Shown here: piece by piece, positions 56,346 through 64,000 of the stretch
Layout of the letters: each line of letters starts with the position of its first letter
Position numbering within the stretch: the first letter of the stretch is position 1
Virus record (IMG/VR): IMGVR_UViG_3300025655_000017
DNA from: a virus
DNA length: 64,000 nt
Strand: one strand, 5' to 3'
Notes under the pieces: model-generated
The model's database searches: none
The model's input: the letters and a program-made list of their open reading frames with translations, nothing else
Told to the model about the DNA's origin: nothing
Position numbers and translations under genes: made by a program

Positions 56346-57652
56346 TAAGTGACTAGAACAAAAAAAATATTTTTTTAATAAGGGGGGAACAAACAATTTT
56401 CCTCTGAAAAAAAATACTCTGAAATCATCTATCGTAATGACCTCTGTTTGTTCCCCCCGGCCAATCTATACTATCCACTACTAACTTTGGCACTAACTAA
56501 TATTCCTAAATCCATTTTAAAGCGTTTTAAAGAGTTATTATTAATTTAATGTAGATGGTGTTACAAAACTTATTATGTGTTCTTAGAACAGACCTTAGCC
56601 TACAACTGTTCACTTTTTTCAATCCAAGTTAAACCTTCTTGGCCATAGAACTGAACAATAACTGTTTTTATAAGTTGTTGTGTCCAGTTGACATCTTTTT
56701 TTATTTAGAATAAAAAGATAATGATTTTATTTTGTATGTGCAAATATTTTTGTATATTATTCGCACCAAACAGATTTAATATTTAGAACTCTGAATACAA
56801 ATTTCACTTGTTGCACAAACGAATTTGGATTAAAATTATTTTGAGTTTGTTCGAATATGGCATTAGCCAAGATTACTTCTTCCTTTGTAAGGAAGTTATA
56901 TGATTCAATTTCTTTGATGGTGGAGTGATAGTATTCTATTTCCCCTTTAGAGAATTTGATACCAACAAATGGATAATCATTTTTATAGAATTGACTAAAT
57001 GTTGAACTGATATTACCGATGTCATTCATTCCTACATTATGATTTTCCATTAATTTCCATGCTTGTTCTTCGCGTTCTCTTAATAGAACATCTGCATGAA
57101 GTAGTTCTACTTGACGTGGGGATAGTGTGTCCCAAGAGATATTTCTATCCCCAAGATTTTGAACAATATGTGTGGTCTTTTCTTCTGGTGAAAGAGCAAG
57201 CCACCAATTTACTGCTTCTTTTCTGGTTAAACTGTTCATGTTATTTATTTTTTTTATGGTAATTATACATTTTTAAAGCATCTCCATAATTTATTCCAAG
57301 GATATTTTACAATCTACAAATATCCGTACTTTCCTTTTCATTAGGATTATATGCCACATCTATAATAAATTTTGCTTCTCTGAGAGAAACCCCATAAAGG
57401 TCTTTTAATAGCTTTATGGCTTTTAATTTTTCTGTTGGTAATTCTTGTGCTATCAAATTAGCACAATGTTCTATATCAGGTAAATGAATAATAACTCCTA
57501 TCTTTTTTAGGAGTTCTTTATTCTCTGATATGTTTTGTATGTTTTCCATAAATGTATTATTTATTTTTGTTTAGTTATTTAACAATGTAAAGATAAGCCT
57601 TTTTATTGGTTTGTGCAACTATTAGCACCAATTAATAAATATTTTTTTGTCT

Positions 57653-57744
57653 GCGTTACCCTTTCAGGGTCGGGCTGTACATGGTTCGCTATTCGCTCAT
57701 CCACTTCGCTGCGCTACGGGACAAGCCATTACCATCCCTAACGC
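57653..57744 (-). ncRNA. Flavo-1-like RNA/repeat, copy 2
   Basis: GCGTTAGGGAT...AGCCCGACCC...GGGTAACGC. Confidence 0.7.
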
Positions 57745-59632
57745 CGTTAACACGTCAATGTGTCCAATAACGAACATAAACCAAATAATATTCGTTAAAA
57801 CCCCTATGTGATTTATAGGAACTAAATAAAGAATTAACGAAATATTATTCGGTACGAAGTATTTTCTTCTAAGGAAAAAAGATTAATTTCCCACTACGTT
57901 ATTTTGACAAGGAAATCAATATGGGTATAAGCCATATAGGTATAAGCTTTTATTTCATTTTTATCTTTATCAATTTCAAACGAACTGATAGTAGCACTTC
58001 CAGCAGTTACATCTTGGTGTCATTGTAGTTTTCCATAATTAAATTTTTTAATTAGTTTAAATAAACCAAGCATCAGGAACAAACCTTTTTATGTCTGCTT
58101 CCATTTCTTTTTGATTATTCCACTTAATAAAAATTGATTGGAGGTATTGGTTTGTATTATCTTTTCCTTCAACATTAAACTTAATGTACCTCTTTCCACC
58201 ATCAAATGTAATAACTGGTGATACCATCATATAACAATCAGATTGATTCTCAAACATGCTTTTTAGCTGCGAAACTTTTATTAGTCCTCTATTAATGGCA
58301 TCATCAATATTTACAACTTCACTTTTCTTGATAAAATCTTTGTCATGAAAGACTTCTCTTATTTGATCTTTCTCAAAAGATTTTAGCCCTGCTGTGATGG
58401 TATTAGAACGTAAATCATTGCAATACATGTTAGCATCGTCTGCATACAAGATAACATATTTAATCTCTGGCTCAACTTGAGAGATTAATATTGTTTCTTT
58501 TTGGCCTCGAAGATAACTATCTTCGCTATAAGAAATATTGTACGAAGAACCTACGATGAAATCTTGTTTAGTTATTTCCATTATTTAATTTTATTTAATT
58601 CGTTTACGATTATTCGTTTCATCTCTGCTTCAGCATCCTCATTATGGATGGGCAATCCATAACCATAAGAATCATAATCTGATCCACAGTTATCTAAATA
58701 AGTAATAATATTATCAAGCACAAAAGGAAAGTAGTCTTTTATAACATCTCCCACTAGCACTTCTTTTCCATTTTCATCGTAAAGTTTCATATTAAAATGC
58801 TTTTACTTCTTTGTTTTTTTTATCTACAAGATACCATTGGATTTGTTCGCTCTTGAATTTAACCATAAATCCAACACGCCATTCAAATCCATATGAGGCT
58901 CTTTTTTCTTCTATCCATTCATCACACTCCTTTTTTGATTTGAAGCCCATTTCGATGTGGATAGTATCATTTATTCTCCAATGGTACTTATTCCCTTTTT
59001 GATAGTATCCATAAGACCCTGTAATTTTTTCGCTATTCATTATTTTATATTATTAGTTAATTTGACTTTCCTTCAATTAAAGATTTAACTTTCTCACTTT
59101 CTGTTTTACCATGACATTCTTTAATTAACTTTAGTGTGTCCTCATATGACTGAGTAAATTGGTAAGGAGATCGCTCTCCTGTTTCGAATGATGTAACCAC
59201 AGAATTAACTCTTTCAGCTATTTCCTTTTTTGCATCATTTGTCCATTCTTCTATGATTTCTTCTACAGACATATCATAGTGAGTAATATTATCTACATAT
59301 GTTGAGAAGATGCAATACTTCCCATTAGGCTGTGCAATAATCCGTGTTGCCATTATTGTAATATTTAAAATTGTTTGTTAATAAAATTCACGATTAATAT
59401 AAACTAATAATGCAATAGAACAAATTAATATTCCAATTGCTATTAATAGTTCATAAGCTACCCAATGGTAGATTAGATTTATGTTAGCCCATAACATTGC
59501 AAACATTGCAATAATTAACAAAACCCGAATTGGAGTACTCATAAAAATTTGTTTTCATCATAAAGTAACTCTCTATGATAAGTCAAAGATAAGAATAAAA
59601 AATGATTTGTGCAACTATTTTTATTTAGTTGT

Positions 59633-59755
59633 GCGTTACCCTTGCAGGGTCGGGCTGCGCTTGCGCCCTTGTAGGAGCGCAGCGACCTACAGGTTTTCGG
59701 GGTTCGCTATTCGCTCATCCCTGCGGGACTATCGCCCCCTTTCAATCCCTAACGC
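59633..59755 (-). ncRNA. Flavo-1-like RNA/repeat, copy 3
   Basis: GCGTTAGGGATTGAA...AGCCCGACCC...GGGTAACGC. Confidence 0.7.
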
Positions 59756-60222
59756 TGCTATCGCATCTATGTGTTCGATAATGAACATAAACCAAACAAT
59801 ATTCGTTAAAACCCTTATGTAATTTATCTTAACTTTTAAGGGTCTTAACGAAATATTGTTCTGTTATCCTTCTTTGTTGATGAGTTCAAGCAAAGATTGA
59901 TGAAATTCTTTTTGTCTGTTTTTTACAGTGTATTCACCACATACTCCCCAGCCATCTGGTTGGCCTTGAATGTTAAGATAACCACGCTCTAAGTTTTTAA
60001 CCCATACCTCACATGAAACTGTGATAGTTTGCCCCTCATCATTGTCTGGCCCATATAATGTTACCTGAGCGTCACTACCTGCAACTTCTTGCCATTCTTG
60101 CCACTTTTCATCACGACGAAAACTGTATGTGAAGTTCTCGGACTCGTCTGCACCAATTATTTCTTCAAATTCTTCTCTGGATAATGTTACTGTTTTGATC
60201 ATAAATAATTTTTAAAAGATAT

Positions 60223-61398
60223 TTAATTAAATTCAGAATCAAGAAACTTAATATATTTTTTAAGCTTCTCATTTTCCCCATTTTCAATTGCTTCAACAAT
60301 AGAGTTGAATAGGGGAATACATTGATTCAATATTGCTGATTCAATTTCATGCTTAAAGATAGCCAATTTTTTTCGATCTTGCAAAAAATAATCGAAAAAG
60401 ATTCTTTTATCTTGCAGAATAGTCTGATGCAGTTTATTATAATAGAAATACACTAATAGACACAGACGTATATGCTTATCTATCATGTGTCCAAGAGTAT
60501 TAATACGTGCTTGGATATGTGGGAAATAAACAATTGCTTCATCTATCTCATTAGTATAAATTAATTTAATTAGTGCAAGATCATTTATATCAGAGATATT
60601 ATGATGCCATTGAACATAATCAGCGTTTTTAACTTTGATTCTGTTCCCATTTTTGTCTACTAAAATAACTCCTTCAAAGGTGTGTCCCGGTTGTGAGTTT
60701 ACCACATCCAAAATTTCTTCTCGATTGGAAACAACAAATACCTTTACAGTATCTACTTTAAATGAATTAGCAATTTGCTTGATTTCAGTTTTTGTTAATT
60801 CACCATAGTTTGAAGTTGTAGCTATTTTAGTTCGATCTCTGACATTTAATAGAGTAACGTGAGGAATTGTATGTGCCACTACTACTTGATTCTCTAAAGA
60901 GCACAACTCGAACGAATAAACATAATCTTTATTAAGATCAGTTGTATAAAAATCCGTTAATTCCCAGAAGTATTCTGCGAATGTTTTTGCAGAATCTTGA
61001 GGTAATGTGGCATTTCCATATATCGTTCCAGAAGTGGCTGCTTGCCACTTGTTATTGTATGTGTCCCAATACATTGTAATAATAGACCCATCCTTTTTTT
61101 CTTCAATTGAATAATTATCCCAATCAAAGTTATCAATTTCTTCCTGAGATTCCCCAAGATTAAAAAATCGTTCGTAAGAGAACGAAATAGGTGTGTCCAG
61201 TACTGAGTTTTTATTGTTAGGATCAATCTCTAAGATAATTCCCCTTGCTTGACGACAAGCTTTCAGAAACCGAAATTCATAAGAATCAATTTGTGAATAC
61301 TTTAACAGTACTTTGTTATCCATAAATTTAGATAACAAATTATACTTGCGTATAATTTCTGTTAATCCATATGTCTGAATTTCTTTTATTAGTAACAT
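60223..61398 (-). CDS. RNA ligase 1 (T4 RnlA-like)
   Basis: ARGII, ERFFNLGE, motif I EKKDGS, SFEL, EGVI, KVKN. Confidence 0.88.
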   Translation of the reverse strand: MLLIKEIQTYGLTEIIRKYNLLSKFMDNKVLLKYSQIDSYEFRFLKACRQARGIILEIDPNNKNSVLDTPISFSYERFFNLGESQEEIDNFDWDNYSIEEKKDGSIITMYWDTYNNKWQAATSGTIYGNATLPQDSAKTFAEYFWELTDFYTTDLNKDYVYSFELCSLENQVVVAHTIPHVTLLNVRDRTKIATTSNYGELTKTEIKQIANSFKVDTVKVFVVSNREEILDVVNSQPGHTFEGVILVDKNGNRIKVKNADYVQWHHNISDINDLALIKLIYTNEIDEAIVYFPHIQARINTLGHMIDKHIRLCLLVYFYYNKLHQTILQDKRIFFDYFLQDRKKLAIFKHEIESAILNQCIPLFNSIVEAIENGENEKLKKYIKFLDSEFN

Positions 61399-63310
61399 GA
61401 CTTTTTATTTATTTTATGTGAAACCAATTCCTTGGTAAAAAATAATTTATGTTTTTTAATGCAACGAACTCTTGACATTCTAATTTGTCCAGAGTTCGTT
61501 TTTACACATTGTAAAGATACAATAAATATTTTGTTTATCCTAATTTTTTCGATGATCTTCAATTAAATGATCTAAAATATCTTTGTCTTTTAGTGACATC
61601 TGGCTATCAAAGTGCTTCATCAAAATAACACACGAAATATAAACTAGTGCAAAAAGTAAATTAGAAACACCCCATATAGGGTAATTTGGCCAGTCATAAA
61701 TACCCACCATTATTATTAGATATAAACCTTTAATGATAACTAAGTTACCTGAAAATAATCTAATAAAATTGAGTTTCGGAAAGAGTAATTTTGTTTTATC
61801 GTTAATGATAAAAAAATCTAGAATATTCATAATTTTTATTTAGTTGCTAACCTAGCTTTAATTGAATCAATAGCGGCTTGATGTTTAGCAATAAAAAAAT
61901 TAGCTTCAAAAACTTCGTCGAATTCACCCATAAACCATTCACCTGTGAATCCTTGATGGTAGGAAATGTAAAGCCATTCTAATTTTTCGCCAAATGAAAA
62001 AATTAAGTATCTTTCATTGCTAGGCATAAGCCCGACATAACGATAAGAAATCAAATTAAACCCTTCTACTTTAAAAACTCGATCACCATACTGAAGACTT
62101 TTCATATCTTCATTAGTCATTAATTTCATTGCTTATAGTTTTTATTTACGATAAGAATTGTTTCAGCATTGACATGCCCACTAAATGGAAGCCAATATTT
62201 GTTGTTATCAAAGGTGAGAATGCCACGTAAAATGGCACCCCCAAACCCTACATACTCTAGTTCTGTCCCGACTAAGTTAGATAACTCTTCACGGGTAAAG
62301 TACTTAGTCTTAGTATCCATAGAGTAAAACATTTACAAGATCATACAAAAACCAAATGAAAAAGATACCCATGCCAATGAGACTTTGTCTATTTTTTATT
62401 TTTTTTAAATTTATTTCTTTCCGTTGTTGCGTCGATTTGCAGCCCGACGTTTTTTTTCAGCTTTGTTAAGATGTGGGCTTTTTTTGGCATCATCAAAAGT
62501 TATGTTTTGGCCATATTTTTCATTGACCTCCTTAACAACTCTTGTTACAGCATTGATGTCTTCTCTTCGTTGGTGAGAGTCACCATCAATGGGAACCCTA
62601 ATTTTTCCATCTTTTGTCACTACTGCTTTTATCTTTCTTTTACTAAAAAGCATAGAAGCAATTATAGGGCCAAAAATTAATCCTGCGCCAACAATAGTAA
62701 TCATACTGGTTAACAGTAAAATAGTCATGATTTTTTGATTTTAATTTGTTATATAAAAAGTTAAAAATTATTTTTGATCTTGAATCAGGGTATTAACAAA
62801 CCGACGATACATATCTTCAAATCCCGGTAGATCATACAACATAGACATCGTTTCAGTTATTGCTTTCATTTCTAATTCTTTTTTATTAGATACAATAACA
62901 AGTTTACCATTTACTAATACCGGGCTAATAACTCGATCATAGAAACTTGTATGTTCCAAGTTATTTTGCAATTCAGCCTCTGGATAGCCATTGGCTAACA
63001 AAAAATCAGTTATAAACAAACTACCATCATATGGTTTGGGAAAACCATATTTCCATCCATGAGGAGGGTCAATGTATGTTTCAACATTGAACATAACATT
63101 AAGTTCCACCCCATCTTCTACTCCCTCCGGTAAGATAGATAGCGGATAAATTTCATATCCATCCACTAAAAGGACGAACCCTTCAGTGGTTACAGCAATT
63201 TTAGTCTTTAATGCTACTTCTTTCATTTTTAAATTTTTTGATTAAATATGTTTGCGATGTAAAGATAATCTATTTATTTTATTTTTCCAAATATTTATAT
63301 AAAAATATTT

Positions 63311-63595
63311 ATGGATACTCCACAGAAAGTTTCACAAAAGGTTAAAGAGGTTGAATCAGAAATAAAAGATTTAACTTACGATATTGGCCAAAAACAATCT
63401 TTTATCAAACAATCACAGGATAAAATGATTGAGTATGCTGAACAAAAAGTTTATTTTACCGAGAAAGAATTAATGGAAAAACAATCTATTGAGGCGGCTA
63501 ATGTTTTTTTAAAGGAAGATTTTGATCTCATGCTTGATCTTCAGGCTCGATTAAAAGAATTAAACGAAAGTTTTAATCAACTCTTCCCAGAATAA
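63311..63595 (+). CDS. Coiled-coil hypothetical late protein
   Basis: TATTTATA at 63292-63299; heptad-rich sequence. Confidence 0.55.
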   Translation: MDTPQKVSQKVKEVESEIKDLTYDIGQKQSFIKQSQDKMIEYAEQKVYFTEKELMEKQSIEAANVFLKEDFDLMLDLQARLKELNESFNQLFPE

Positions 63596-63601
63596 TAATT
63601 T

Positions 63602-63639
63602 AAAAACCCTGTTACAATTACAACTGTAACAGGGTTTTT
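63602..63639. terminator. Bidirectional intrinsic terminator
   Basis: AAAAACCCTGTTACA/TGTAACAGGGTTTTT inverted repeat between convergent genes. Confidence 0.85.
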
Positions 63640-64000
63640 AAATTATTATTCTTCAATTTTCCAATACATGCTACAATAAGTAGGGTTTTCCTTTTTCTCA
63701 ATAGTGCTACGTTCTGCACTAACTCTTTTCATTTTGTCAAAATCTGTAAAGGTGAGTAAGAAATAAGGATTTCTTTCTTCATACTCCTGCTCATTCACAT
63801 ATTCACAATATAACCAAAATGTCATATAATTAATTTTTTGAATTAAAGTTTTTAATGCTAATTTTTAACAGGAAAAACAATAAAAAGATAAATAAATAAA
63901 ACCCTACCATAATATATGTTGCGCTATCTGCTTTATTTATTTCTTCAAGATAATCTGTATATTTTGAAATAATTAAAGTACAAACAACGCCACTAATAAA

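Overview
Very AT-rich, gene-dense segment of a large (jumbo-type) tailed bacteriophage infecting Bacteroidota. Most genes are short, on the minus strand, and preceded by the Bacteroidota sigma-A -7 element TAnnTTTG (seen as 'caaagata' on +). A minority of interspersed genes follow a different TATTTAT(A) motif (putative late promoter) and have N-termini typical of head-packaged proteins, including three ADP-ribosyltransferase-like ORFs. The window carries a large RNA-repair toolkit: Rnl1 and Rnl2 ligases, PNK, HD phosphohydrolase, Thg1, three pol-beta nucleotidyltransferases, a cyclic-phosphate receiver domain and a ROT/TROVE-like+TerD protein. It also has two intact IS607 (tnpA+tnpB) insertions plus a tnpB remnant, a split MTase-SNF2 (DarB-like) gene, an LRR protein, three Flavo-1-like elements and an iteron-like repeat block. 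The most striking part is non-coding, in two ncRNA operons (27.7-28.9 kb and 33.0-35.2 kb). These contain (i) a ~270-nt RNA whose two ends rebuild the uL11-binding GTPase-associated centre (H43-H44) of 23S rRNA around a ~190-nt insert, (ii) three covarying bulged-stem RNAs, two directly upstream of the ROT-TerD gene (Y-RNA-like), (iii) a ~750-nt GNRA-rich ornate RNA, and (iv) several tRNA bodies with replaced or extended anticodon arms. All family calls are from motif recognition by eye; no searches were run.
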